A stretch of DNA of 64,000 bases from Nitrosopumilus sp. (GCA_965218695.1 OZ244651.1:2232337-2296336), one strand, 5' to 3'. Positions 27,667 through 36,387 are shown, counted from the stretch's first letter. The notes: generated by a model from the letters alone, not told the origin. Made by a program: numbers and translations.

Positions 27667-27718
27667 AATCTGGAGAAGATCTATATTCATGCCTATGTAC
27701 CGATAACTTCACAGAACC
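27667..27718 (-). repeat. right 52-bp terminal inverted repeat
   Basis: AATCTGGAGAAGATCTATATTCATGCCTATGTACCGATAACTTCACAGAACC. Confidence 0.9.
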
Positions 27719-27721
27719 CCG

Positions 27722-27813
27722 GTACATACTCAGGTTCCCCTCAAACTCAGGCGTGAATATACGTAAAACAGTACATGTTTACGCCTAGACAATACCGGGA
27801 CCTGAGTATGTAC
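27722..27813. mobile_element. MITE copy 2 (92 bp)
   Basis: Differs from copy 1 by one substitution. The 8-bp TSD is GAACCCCG (27714-27721 and 27814-27821). That TSD is made of the last 5 nt of the 52-bp TIR plus the first 3 nt of its TSD. Confidence 0.9.
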
Positions 27814-27831
27814 GAACCCCGGCTCCGCAGG

Positions 27832-27863
27832 TTTATAATGCAGTGTACCGTACTATACGGTAC
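27832..27863 (+). promoter_or_regulatory. TATA box plus perfect palindromic operator candidate
   Basis: TTTATAA at 27832-27838. GTACCGTA-cta-TACGGTAC at 27845-27863 abuts the ATG at 27864. Confidence 0.5.
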
Positions 27864-28208
27864 ATGCAATCAAGACTCACGTGTATGACCCCGGAAGTGG
27901 CGGATCAGTTTGGAGACTTTATCATAAAGAGGGCCGAGCAGACACAGGACGTGGTAAGGGCAAGAACGAGGGATTTTAGCATGCTGTCCCTGCTGAAACT
28001 GCTGTATCAGCTCAGGGGCAGTCCCATGTCGTTTGTAGAGCTGTATACAAGGTCGGAGATCAGAATGAAGAGATCATTCCTGAATTACCTGCACCTGTGT
28101 GTGGACTATAACTTTGTCAAGAGGGAGGCAGTCGGATGCCGGGTAAGATACTCCATCACGTGCAGGGGGAGGACCATGCTGGATCTCTTCACGCAGAAAG
28201 ATAATTAG
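27864..28208 (+). CDS. winged-helix DNA-binding protein, putative regulator
   Basis: The track ORF starts at GTG 27843. ATG 27864 lies about 29 nt from the TATA centre and would give a leaderless mRNA. SLLKLLYQLRGSPMSFVELYTRSEIRMKRSFLNYLHLCVDYNFVKRE resembles a wHTH. Confidence 0.55.
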   Translation: MQSRLTCMTPEVADQFGDFIIKRAEQTQDVVRARTRDFSMLSLLKLLYQLRGSPMSFVELYTRSEIRMKRSFLNYLHLCVDYNFVKREAVGCRVRYSITCRGRTMLDLFTQKDN

Positions 28209-28230
28209 GCAGATCAGGCAGTACAAGATC

Positions 28231-28956
28231 ATGCAGAATGAATTTCCCGAGGCGGAGGTCTTTGAGACAAGAGACGTGGAGATGAACAGTCCGGTAATAT
28301 TTGCAGGATTCGTAGGGGCCGGCCTCGTAGGCCCGGTAGCAATAGACCACATAATCAAGGAGCTGGAGATGGACGAGGTGGGAGTGATAAGATCAAAGTA
28401 TCTCCCCCCGTCCACTGTCTTTATGAGGGGAAGGCTTCGCCATCCGTTCAGATTCTACGCAAACAAGAACGGAACAATCTGTGCAATAATCTGCGAGGTG
28501 ACCCTGAGGATGGACGGACTGTACTCGATGATATCGACCATTCTGGACTGGGCTGCATTGAAAGGCTCAAGGGAGATTGTGATTTTGGACGGGGTTGCAA
28601 GTGAGGCGCATGACAACAAGGCGTACTGCGCAGCAGAGGATGACTTGATCAGGACAATGGCAGACAAGGACATCAACATGATACCGCAGGGGTTCATTAC
28701 GGGTATGCCGGGAGGCATACTCAACGAATGCCTAGTAAGAGAGATCCAGGGCATAGCCCTGCTGGCAAAGGCAAACGACATGGAGCCTGATTCGGCGGCG
28801 GCGGCAACGCTCGTTGAGGCGCTTGGTAGGTTCTACGAGATTGACATAGATGCCACCGGACTGCGTGAGGAGAGCGAGAGGATTCAGTCAGAGTTCACCG
28901 AGCTCTCTGACAAGTATGTAAAGCATAGAAGAGAGATAACCGGGATGTACATGTGA
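28231..28956 (+). CDS. PAC2-family protein (proteasome-assembly-chaperone-like, COG1938)
   Basis: 241-aa ORF. NSPVIFAGFVGAGLVGPVAIDHII...RHPFRFYAN resembles archaeal PAC2 proteins. Confidence 0.65.
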   Translation: MQNEFPEAEVFETRDVEMNSPVIFAGFVGAGLVGPVAIDHIIKELEMDEVGVIRSKYLPPSTVFMRGRLRHPFRFYANKNGTICAIICEVTLRMDGLYSMISTILDWAALKGSREIVILDGVASEAHDNKAYCAAEDDLIRTMADKDINMIPQGFITGMPGGILNECLVREIQGIALLAKANDMEPDSAAAATLVEALGRFYEIDIDATGLREESERIQSEFTELSDKYVKHRREITGMYM

Positions 28957-29025
28957 GGGTATGGCTTCACAGACGGGAGACGCCGGTTCGAAATTCATTT
29001 TAAGCCGGGGATACACGCGTATGTC

Positions 29026-29355
29026 ATGCCAGATGTCACGTATGATGATTTTGCCAAACTCGACATCCGGGTAGCAAGAATCGTTGCAGCCCAGCCCATA
29101 CCTGGAAAATCAAGGATTCTCAAGGGACGGATTGATCTGGGAGACGGGGATCAGCGTGATGTGATTATAGGGGGCGCACAGTATTTTCAGCCCGACGAGA
29201 TTGTAGGGATGACGGCAGTGGCGGTTGTAAATCTGGAACCAAAGAGGCTGGCCGGAGTCGAGTCAAGCGCAATGCTGCTAGCCGCAGACGTAAACGACAA
29301 GCCGTTCTGGCTTACCGTATCCGGGGATGCTCCTCCTGGAAGCCCCGTAAAGTAA
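29026..29355 (+). CDS. tRNA-binding domain protein (CsaA/Trbp111-like)
   Basis: 109-aa ORF with FAKLDIRVARIV...VVNLEPKRLAGVESSAMLLA. Confidence 0.8.
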   Translation: MPDVTYDDFAKLDIRVARIVAAQPIPGKSRILKGRIDLGDGDQRDVIIGGAQYFQPDEIVGMTAVAVVNLEPKRLAGVESSAMLLAADVNDKPFWLTVSGDAPPGSPVK

Positions 29356-29471
29356 GTCGGTCGGTCGGCCGGCCGGCTGCCAACGGCAGATCATGCACGC
29401 CCCCGACGAATACGGCACAGGCAGTACCCAGGCATGGGCGGTGATCTTAAATGAAAAAGTTGGATCTATGA

Positions 29472-30032
29472 CTAGTCATAAATCATTAGATTCTTCTCTT
29501 CTAGCATCGAATGAAGGTTGTTCACTGACCGGTAAACGTCGGGCTCTTTTTTGGCACCCGTACAGACAAGCTTTCCTGAGGAAAATAGCAAAATGACTGT
29601 CTTGGGGTCTAGCATTCTATGAATGAGTCCTGGAAACTGTTCTGGCTCGTACATGCTTCGCGGCAGCGTCCTTGCGGCCTGTTCAAGATGAATCCTTCCA
29701 CCTAGGTTGATCGATGCTACGATGTTCTGAATCTCTACTACTGCGTCCTTCTTTACCTTGATTCCGCCCTTGCGGAGCTTTTGAACCACCGTCTTGACTG
29801 CCTTTCTTGCCATCTCCTCTGATTTGGAGCCTGTACATACCATCTTTCCCGAGGTGAAGATCAGTGTCGCAGTCTTGGGTACCTTGAGTCTGAAGACCAG
29901 TCCGGGAAACTGATCCGGATGGTACTCTACGTCCGGAAACGTCCTTGTGATCTCGTTGAGATCCATCTTTTGATCCACAGATGCCGAGGCTACAACATTT
30001 TCCACACTTACAATAGGTTTCGTTTGTGGCAT
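29472..30032 (-). CDS. tbp: TATA-box-binding protein
   Basis: 186-aa ORF with two direct repeats, each carrying QFPGL...SGK(M/L)VCTG(S/A)K. Confidence 0.95.
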   Translation of the reverse strand: MPQTKPIVSVENVVASASVDQKMDLNEITRTFPDVEYHPDQFPGLVFRLKVPKTATLIFTSGKMVCTGSKSEEMARKAVKTVVQKLRKGGIKVKKDAVVEIQNIVASINLGGRIHLEQAARTLPRSMYEPEQFPGLIHRMLDPKTVILLFSSGKLVCTGAKKEPDVYRSVNNLHSMLEEKNLMIYD

Positions 30033-30124
30033 ATTCCGCTTTTTGGTATTTGAACTATAATAAAAAAGTGCTTTTCTCGTCCGGTATTAGACATGCTTTT
30101 TAAGGAAAGTGTGCTCGCAGGGCG

Positions 30125-31480
30125 ATGACCCGGGAAAAGAGGCCCAAGAGGCACGACAAGATGCTGGAATTGGAGTCCGTGGTGCGCTGGCGGGGGCAGC
30201 TCAACGAGAGCGGCATCAGCAGCGGCATAAAAATCAACACCTACACGCGCGCCGTCTACCTGTCCAAGCTGTACCATTTCAACGAGTGGCTGGTCAAGCG
30301 CGAGTTCACCGTGCGCGTGCCGGTCGTAAAAAGCAAAAGGACGGTCCGCGAAAGCAGGCGGATGCCGTTTGCCAACGTGGAGGTGCTGCTCCACTTCGGC
30401 GAGGACGACAACGCCAAGAAGGTAAAGAGGATCGTTCAGGACTACCTGGCGGTGCTGCGCGACAGGGGGCTGTCCAACTCCACCATGGCCGGAGCGTGCT
30501 CGGCCATCAAGTCGTACTTTGACACGAACGACGTGGTAGTCAACGTCAAGCCACATTCGCTCAAGAGAAACGGATCAGTGGCTGTCGACGAGACCAAGCT
30601 GACGCTGCCGGAATTCTACAAGATGATGACCGTCGGCAAGATGAACCACCTGACGCGCGCCGTCCTCATGGTAAAGTTCCAGGCGGGGCTGGACAGGAGC
30701 ACGCTCGCCGACAGGTTCAACTTCCACGCGTACGCGCAGATCGCGAAGTTCTGCGGGACCAAGAACCACCGCGAATGGAGCCTCGACAAGTGCCCGATCC
30801 CGATCAGGCTCGTGCGGGTAAAGACCGGCGTCCAGTTCACCACCTTCATAGACCGCGACGCGCTGGCGGCGCTCAAGGACTACCTGGCGTGGAGGGAGGA
30901 AAATCACCCGTCGCACGATCCCGACGGCCCGATCTTCATCACCACGAAGGGCGAGCCGGTGTCCGTCGAGTGGGTGTCGCACACGTTCGCGAAGGGGGCC
31001 AAGTACTCCATGACGCAAAAGCGCCTGGGCCCACGCAAGGTCAAGCTGACGTCGCACTCCGTGCGCCACCTGCTCAAGACGACCCTCATCACCTGCGGGT
31101 GCGACCGATACGTGGCAGACTACGCCATCGGGCACGCGCCCGACACCTATGAAAGGCCGGATCTGTGTCCGGACAAGCTGAGGCGCGAGTACGCCAAGGC
31201 GTCGCACGCGATCAACATAATCTCCAAGGCCGCATCGAAGATAAACGACATGAGACCCGCAAACGCCATGGAAAAGGATCTGGAGGCAAGCAAGGCCAAG
31301 GTAGAGGAGTTGGAAAAGAAGGTCAACGAACTGAAGGCCGAGATTGCCAAGAAGAACGCCAGAAGCGCAGACGCCGTATCCAAGCTCGACATGGTGGTAA
31401 GGGCGATCATCGACGCGTCAGGCGATCCCGACGGGGACTTCCGCCAGAACCTCAAGGACAGGCTCGGCGGACTGCCTTAG
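30125..31480 (+). CDS. tyrosine recombinase / integrase
   Basis: 451-aa ORF with the catalytic-region motifs LTSHSVRHLLKT (HxxR) and AIGHAPDTYE (H...Y), followed by a coiled-coil C-terminal tail. Confidence 0.8.
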   Translation: MTREKRPKRHDKMLELESVVRWRGQLNESGISSGIKINTYTRAVYLSKLYHFNEWLVKREFTVRVPVVKSKRTVRESRRMPFANVEVLLHFGEDDNAKKVKRIVQDYLAVLRDRGLSNSTMAGACSAIKSYFDTNDVVVNVKPHSLKRNGSVAVDETKLTLPEFYKMMTVGKMNHLTRAVLMVKFQAGLDRSTLADRFNFHAYAQIAKFCGTKNHREWSLDKCPIPIRLVRVKTGVQFTTFIDRDALAALKDYLAWREENHPSHDPDGPIFITTKGEPVSVEWVSHTFAKGAKYSMTQKRLGPRKVKLTSHSVRHLLKTTLITCGCDRYVADYAIGHAPDTYERPDLCPDKLRREYAKASHAINIISKAASKINDMRPANAMEKDLEASKAKVEELEKKVNELKAEIAKKNARSADAVSKLDMVVRAIIDASGDPDGDFRQNLKDRLGGLP

Positions 31481-31649
31481 CGTGCCTTGACTCCAACGCG
31501 ACTCTCAATCTGCAAGAGACGGGATAATTGCGGGTTGTTCCGTGCGGACGCGATGCTTGCCCTCAGTAACCAACAGATTAGGCAACGCATGAAACAGAAA
31601 CGGCAGGCACAGTCAAAAATACTGGTTCAAATGCGGCAACCATAAAGTC

Positions 31650-31979
31650 CTACTCGTCATCCTTTTCAATACCCCTTTTCCTGTCGTAACGGCGGATGAT
31701 TACTGGCAAGATTGCGCCTGCCATGAAAAGCGGACTGGCAGTGACTAAGAACGTGAGAAAGAATACGTGCCTTTCCGTTTTTATCTCGCACGGCCACGTG
31801 ATTCCGTCCACCGAACATGGCGGAATCTGCATTTGCCATTGGGGGCAAGGTTGCATGATTCCGTTCACCTCATACCAGCAATTGTCAGAATTGTGCCTGA
31901 CGGCAGGCTCCAGAGGGAGTGCCAGCGCAAGATATGCGATCACGGCCACCGGGAGCAAGAAGAAAAACCCCCATGACAA
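31650..31979 (-). CDS. Cys-rich small membrane protein, paralogue A (possibly frameshifted)
   Basis: 109 aa from a TTG start, closely similar to the protein at 52815-53183. The conserved ATG (MKTGHKIILV, near 32003) is out of frame by 1 nt because of an extra base in a G5T5 run (plus strand A5C5, 31963-31972). Confidence 0.55.
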   Translation of the reverse strand: MSWGFFFLLPVAVIAYLALALPLEPAVRHNSDNCWYEVNGIMQPCPQWQMQIPPCSVDGITWPCEIKTERHVFFLTFLVTASPLFMAGAILPVIIRRYDRKRGIEKDDE

Positions 31980-32000
31980 GAATAATCTTGTGCCCGGTTT

Positions 32001-32267
32001 TCATTTTTTGATCCTCCACAATGCCAAGACGCCCATGCAGGCAAACGACACACCCAGCATGAGGAACCCAGCCGGTTCTTCTGGCACGACGTCAAAAAGA
32101 TTTGTGGACGCCGACGTTCCAAAGAAGTTGAGCCCACTAATGTGTGATGACTCGTTGTTGCAATCTGGCAGCATTTCGCATGTGAGCCAAACAACGTGTG
32201 GCACCTGAGGCCAAACTGCAAAGAAGGCCAGAGTCGTGATTGCCGGGGCTTTGTACCGATTTCTCAT
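32001..32267 (-). CDS. small secreted protein with a PEP-CTERM-like C-terminal tail
   Basis: 88-aa ORF with a signal peptide (MRNRYKAPAITTLAFFAV) and the C-terminal VPEEPAGFLMLGVSFACMGVLALWRIKK. Confidence 0.5.
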   Translation of the reverse strand: MRNRYKAPAITTLAFFAVWPQVPHVVWLTCEMLPDCNNESSHISGLNFFGTSASTNLFDVVPEEPAGFLMLGVSFACMGVLALWRIKK

Positions 32268-32289
32268 CTTCTGAATTTCGGCTTCGTTT

Positions 32290-33888
32290 GTAACTGTGTA
32301 GTTTTTTGATCAAATGCTGAATTCCATGTCTCCAAGAAACTATGTATTTTTTTGACATAGGACCAGACCCTCGCGCAGGACCGTGCCAAGATCATCTCCC
32401 CTTGCCTTGCATGTCTGCTTGATGCTCATCAGCGTGGCAATGGCGTCTGCGCCCTTCTTTGACCTGCTCCCGTTGCTGTTCTTGCGCAGGATGACGCACG
32501 GCCTGATGGCCCGCTCTGCCCGGTTGTTGTGGTATTCGACATCGTCTGTCTCCAGAAACGCAAACAGGTGATCCCTTTCCCGCACCAGCCTCTTGCGCAT
32601 CCTGTTGCAGTGCTTGCAGTCGCGGTTCTTCTCGAGCCTGCCTATCATGGACGCGATGCGACGATCCAGCCTCTTCTTTGCGGCAAGCGCGTCTGCCCCT
32701 CCCGGAACGGCGCCGTCGACGTGCGAGTCCCGCAGTATCGCGCGCAGCGTCCTTGCGTGCCGACGGTAGTCCTGGCCGGGATTCTTGTATCTCAGGGTGG
32801 CCTTGACGTCCCGGACGTAATGCAGGTGGCACTTTTGGTGCATGGCTCCTATGACGTTCCACGCTCCCCACGAGTCAGACGTCACGCATCCCGGGTAGTC
32901 CTTGCCGAGCATCTTTTTTGGAACCTTCGAGTTCCTGCGGCGGTGCACCTCGTAGATTACGGCGTACCTTGTTACCACCGCCCACAGCCAGTAGTTCGTG
33001 CCGTCGACGCGCCAGACGGACTCGTCCCCGTTTATCGCAGGCGAGTTTCTTACCTCCTCCTTGATCTTCTCGTACAGCGGCCCGAGCTCCCGGGCCATCC
33101 TGCACACCATACGGTTTATCGCAGATTCCGTGATTCTTGCCGAGTACATCATCATGACAATATTGCATATTCTGAGGTCTGACATGCCGTGCAGCCTGAG
33201 GATGACCATCATTATCATAAAGTTGATCCCGTACCTGGAGTTTGGCAGTGCCAGCGGAGTCCTGCCGGACACGGTCTTCTTGCAGTTCCTGCAACGTCTT
33301 CTCTTTACTGTCACCTTGATGTGCTTTAGTTCCGTCTTGGCAGCCTCCCTTACCACCTTTGTGTACGTGGATACGCACTCGGAGAGGTCGGAGCTGCCGC
33401 AGTTGTCGCACGTGTGGGGATCTGCCGTCTCCTCTGCGTCTATTCTTTCAGGACGCGCAAGGCCCGTGCGCCTGTGGACGCTTGGCTTGCCCTTGGCCTT
33501 TGTGCGGCGTCTGGCACTGCCCGTCTTTTTGTCAGGTTTTGCGCCGATGCTCCTTGCAACGGCAGCCGATATGGTGCCCCTTGCTTCCTGCAACTCTGCC
33601 GTGAGGTCCTGGATCTGCCTGAGGGCGGCAGCGTAAAGATCAGTGAGTTTGGCTATCTGCTGGTCCTTTTTGGCCAGCTGCCCTGCCATCATCTCCACTT
33701 TTTCCTCCAGTTCTGCAATCCTTGACTCGGAATTATCATCAGACATAATGCAAACCGTGGGAACTGATGATCTAAAAATTGGAATGGAGAGAAAAACTCG
33801 ATCAAGTGATTAAAAATAGTTTCAAAAAAACTACACAGACGTTTGTAGGCATGGAATTCAACATTTGATCAAAAAACTACACAGTTAC
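32290..33888 (-). mobile_element. IS66-family insertion sequence, single-ORF type (1599 bp)
   Basis: 39-bp TIR GTAACTGTGTAGTTTTTTGATCAAATGCTGAATTCCATG matches the reverse complement of 33850-33888 at 38 of 39. The 8-bp TSD is CTTCGTTT (32282-32289 and 33889-33896). Confidence 0.92.
32340..33746 (-). CDS. IS66-family transposase (TnpC-like)
   Basis: 468-aa ORF with an N-terminal coiled coil, CDNCGS...CRNCKK, NGDESVWRV, VTSDSWGAW and HNNRAERAIRPCV. Confidence 0.88.
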   Translation of the reverse strand: MSDDNSESRIAELEEKVEMMAGQLAKKDQQIAKLTDLYAAALRQIQDLTAELQEARGTISAAVARSIGAKPDKKTGSARRRTKAKGKPSVHRRTGLARPERIDAEETADPHTCDNCGSSDLSECVSTYTKVVREAAKTELKHIKVTVKRRRCRNCKKTVSGRTPLALPNSRYGINFMIMMVILRLHGMSDLRICNIVMMMYSARITESAINRMVCRMARELGPLYEKIKEEVRNSPAINGDESVWRVDGTNYWLWAVVTRYAVIYEVHRRRNSKVPKKMLGKDYPGCVTSDSWGAWNVIGAMHQKCHLHYVRDVKATLRYKNPGQDYRRHARTLRAILRDSHVDGAVPGGADALAAKKRLDRRIASMIGRLEKNRDCKHCNRMRKRLVRERDHLFAFLETDDVEYHNNRAERAIRPCVILRKNSNGSRSKKGADAIATLMSIKQTCKARGDDLGTVLREGLVLCQKNT

Positions 33889-33918
33889 CTTCGTTTAATT
33901 ATAATGGTTCCGAGTGTC

Positions 33919-34319
33919 GGTTCTGTAACGTTATCGTGTGCTGTGTATGGATCTTCTCCGGGTTGGATCGCGGTTGAGGCTACACATTCACGGGGGCTCT
34001 TCAAACAAGACGGTCTGACGCATATCGATTGGATGAATTTTGTCTAAGATCCACATCTATGTTAACCCCTCCCCGGGCTTGTCCAAGTTTTGCGTCCAGC
34101 TTGTCATATTGAGTATGTTTTTTTCCTTCTTAAGCGTTACCTGCATGCAGAATCCTGCCAGATCCGCGGGACAACAAGATCCAAACCTTGCCGTTTTCTG
34201 CAAATTTGACTGAATTCTTCTTGCAGGTAACGCTTAAGAAGACAAAGGGCATACCCAAAGTGACAAGCTGGACGCAAAACACGGATGAGTCCGGGGAGGG
34301 GTTACATATATGTGGATCT
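33919..34319. repeat. degenerate third copy of the 52-bp TIR end module, followed by a 273-bp palindromic element
   Basis: 33919-33970 (GGTTCTGTAACGTTATCG...TATGGATCTTCTCCGGGTTGGATCG) resembles 23493-23550. 34047-34150 and 34214-34319 are inverted copies of each other, and both resemble 23601-23720. Confidence 0.7.
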
Positions 34320-34440
34320 GGAATGCCCTGTGGAGCATTTCTGGTGATCCTACTGATTGGTTTGCTGAAATCTTCGCCTTAGTCTGGCTTTCTTTGTAAT
34401 TCTCTGTCGTGATTAAAGAAAAAGATTAGTTGTCTACGTC

Positions 34441-35004
34441 TTATCCGCCTCTTCCCAGATGTTCTGTTATCTTTTCTAGGTCCAGAGCCTCGTCATCCCA
34501 TTGTTCATGGTATTTACCATTTTCACGTAGAACAAATGTAGATTGAATTCCTTGTGAATCATAGTATGTTCCATGTACTAAATCATCTACGGGATTATCC
34601 AGATAAACCAAGACTTGAGCATCTCTCTCGAATGTTGGAACCGGTTCAAATTTGGTTGTGACTTGATTGTGCGTTCCACCTACAGTCCTTACTGTGATAA
34701 GAGCACCTTCTAGCCCATCATCGCCCAAAAGAACATCGGTTACACGAAGATCAGTCAGTGTAAAGACCTTGGGGAAGACCAATTCACCTACACTAAAGTA
34801 GGTAAGATATGTCCTTGAATCATCTACGATGCCTTTAACGGCGATATCGGCTTTTTCTGCCATTTTTTCTGCTGTGCCTTCGACCATAAACCCATGTGTT
34901 TTACTTTCATGAGGTATGTATCCCATCACTGCGACAGTAAAAACCAACATGACCGTTAGAGAAACTCCAATGGCTGGAATGGACACCAATTTTTTACGGC
35001 TCAT
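34441..35004 (-). CDS. membrane-anchored hypothetical protein (AT-rich island cargo)
   Basis: The likely start is MSRKKLVSIPAIGVSLTVMLVFTVAV (ATG at 35004); the track ORF extends to GTG 35034. I recognise no family. Confidence 0.55.
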   Translation of the reverse strand: MSRKKLVSIPAIGVSLTVMLVFTVAVMGYIPHESKTHGFMVEGTAEKMAEKADIAVKGIVDDSRTYLTYFSVGELVFPKVFTLTDLRVTDVLLGDDGLEGALITVRTVGGTHNQVTTKFEPVPTFERDAQVLVYLDNPVDDLVHGTYYDSQGIQSTFVLRENGKYHEQWDDEALDLEKITEHLGRGG

Positions 35005-35304
35005 TTTCAGTATTTTCCTTGAATTTCTGATCACCTAAATTTGCCAGTGCCATGTAACATTATCAGGTGCCAAGCATGGAATATGAATTTTCTCTGAAAT
35101 GGTGTGGTGGATGGAGAAAGGCATTTTATGGGAACTGGTAATGCGGTCCACCCCGTTGGAAGTATGAGCAGCTCTCTGTCTTCAACTTGGCAATTCTTCG
35201 TGCACGCCTCTGCATAATATTCCATCGATGAGTATGCTCTTGGTGTGGTAGAAGACTGATGTTGGATCCGTCGGAATGTGTTTCCCGTCAGGTGGATCTT
35301 CTGG

Positions 35305-36054
35305 CTACTGCTCCCATGCTCTTGCCTGTGCCTCTTCGAGGTACCTGTCGCAGTCATCACCGTCTTCTATCAGGATACAATCGCCGTACTCGCCGACGAC
35401 TAGCCAGTAGTATAGGTCTGCTTCGCGCATCTCATACGGGGGACGTCCAAGCAGTGTTTGGGTCTCCACAATCTCCAGTATCTCCGGTGCCAGCACACTC
35501 ATGCTGCCAAACATGTCCTCCAGGCTTTCACTGACCGCGCCTACTGGGTATTCTGCCTCCAGGTATGCGTGAAGTTTTTGCAGCGGCTCCAGATCAGGCT
35601 GCTGGTACGTTCCGGCCAGCTTGCTTTCATGTATTACGAGTGCTGCCACCTTTTCCGGATTTACTACCGCGTCTGTCAGTACAACAAAGTTGGTTGTACG
35701 TATACCCAAGTTGATGGATTCCTCCATGTGTGGGTTGCCTTTGCTTGCCTCCAGCCTTTCGTTCCAGCGGGTATAATTCCACCTGATCTCTTCTATTCCG
35801 TCAAAGTGTTCAACTAACGCAGGGGACATTTCGTACGGTATGCGGTAGCCGTCAAAGATCTTCCCGTTTGAGATGGATTCATGCCTCAACTCGGCTATTG
35901 ACCGCTCTTCCTGTGTTTCCTCGCTCGGGGCATCTGCCAGCCCGTCATCATTTCCTACAAAGGACAGTCCGGCCTGCACTACCAGAAGCAATGCCACAAC
36001 TGCAAGCATTCCAGCTAGGATTAATTTTTTGCCAGTCATTGCCTTTTTGTTCAT
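35305..36054 (-). CDS. secreted/anchored hypothetical protein (AT-rich island cargo)
   Basis: 249-aa ORF with the signal anchor MNKKAMTGKKLILAGMLAVVALLLVV and an acidic mature part. Confidence 0.6.
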   Translation of the reverse strand: MNKKAMTGKKLILAGMLAVVALLLVVQAGLSFVGNDDGLADAPSEETQEERSIAELRHESISNGKIFDGYRIPYEMSPALVEHFDGIEEIRWNYTRWNERLEASKGNPHMEESINLGIRTTNFVVLTDAVVNPEKVAALVIHESKLAGTYQQPDLEPLQKLHAYLEAEYPVGAVSESLEDMFGSMSVLAPEILEIVETQTLLGRPPYEMREADLYYWLVVGEYGDCILIEDGDDCDRYLEEAQARAWEQ

Positions 36055-36387
36055 TGTTGATGTGGGAAAGTTTGGTTTAATAGGCTTTGATTAAAGATCT
36101 GTGGGCTCTGGTAAGTTTTGGTGATCTGTCGTTCACTGTTCAAAAGTGTGTTTTGGGATATTCTCAGGATTCGGTTCCGCCGCATTTCATCAGGGCGTTC
36201 GAAAGTGTCATGCCCCCAATAATGTGGTTCAAAAGTGAACTGAGTCACATTCACACCTTGGTGGTAGATTTTCGTGATCTCAGTACGATCTTTTGAGTAA
36301 CAAATGAGAGATCACTAGAATTTGCCAGAGCCATCGGCACCATACGCACATACAGGTCGGGGGCTTATATCGATAAGTATACAACCT

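Larger units (their letters stand above)
23493..27718. mobile_element. composite TIR element (52-bp TIRs, 8-bp TSD) containing an IS110-family gene, a nested IS66 and two small membrane ORFs
   Basis: 23493-23544 matches the reverse complement of 27667-27718 at 49 of 52 by hand. The flanking 8-bp direct repeat is CCGGCTCC (23485-23492). The right copy is 27719-27721 plus 27822-27826, split by a later MITE insertion. Confidence 0.8.

Noticed and set aside
28961-29010. GGTTCGAAAT, a T-loop-like motif suggesting a tRNA
   Set aside because: No acceptor, D or anticodon stems can be drawn around it.
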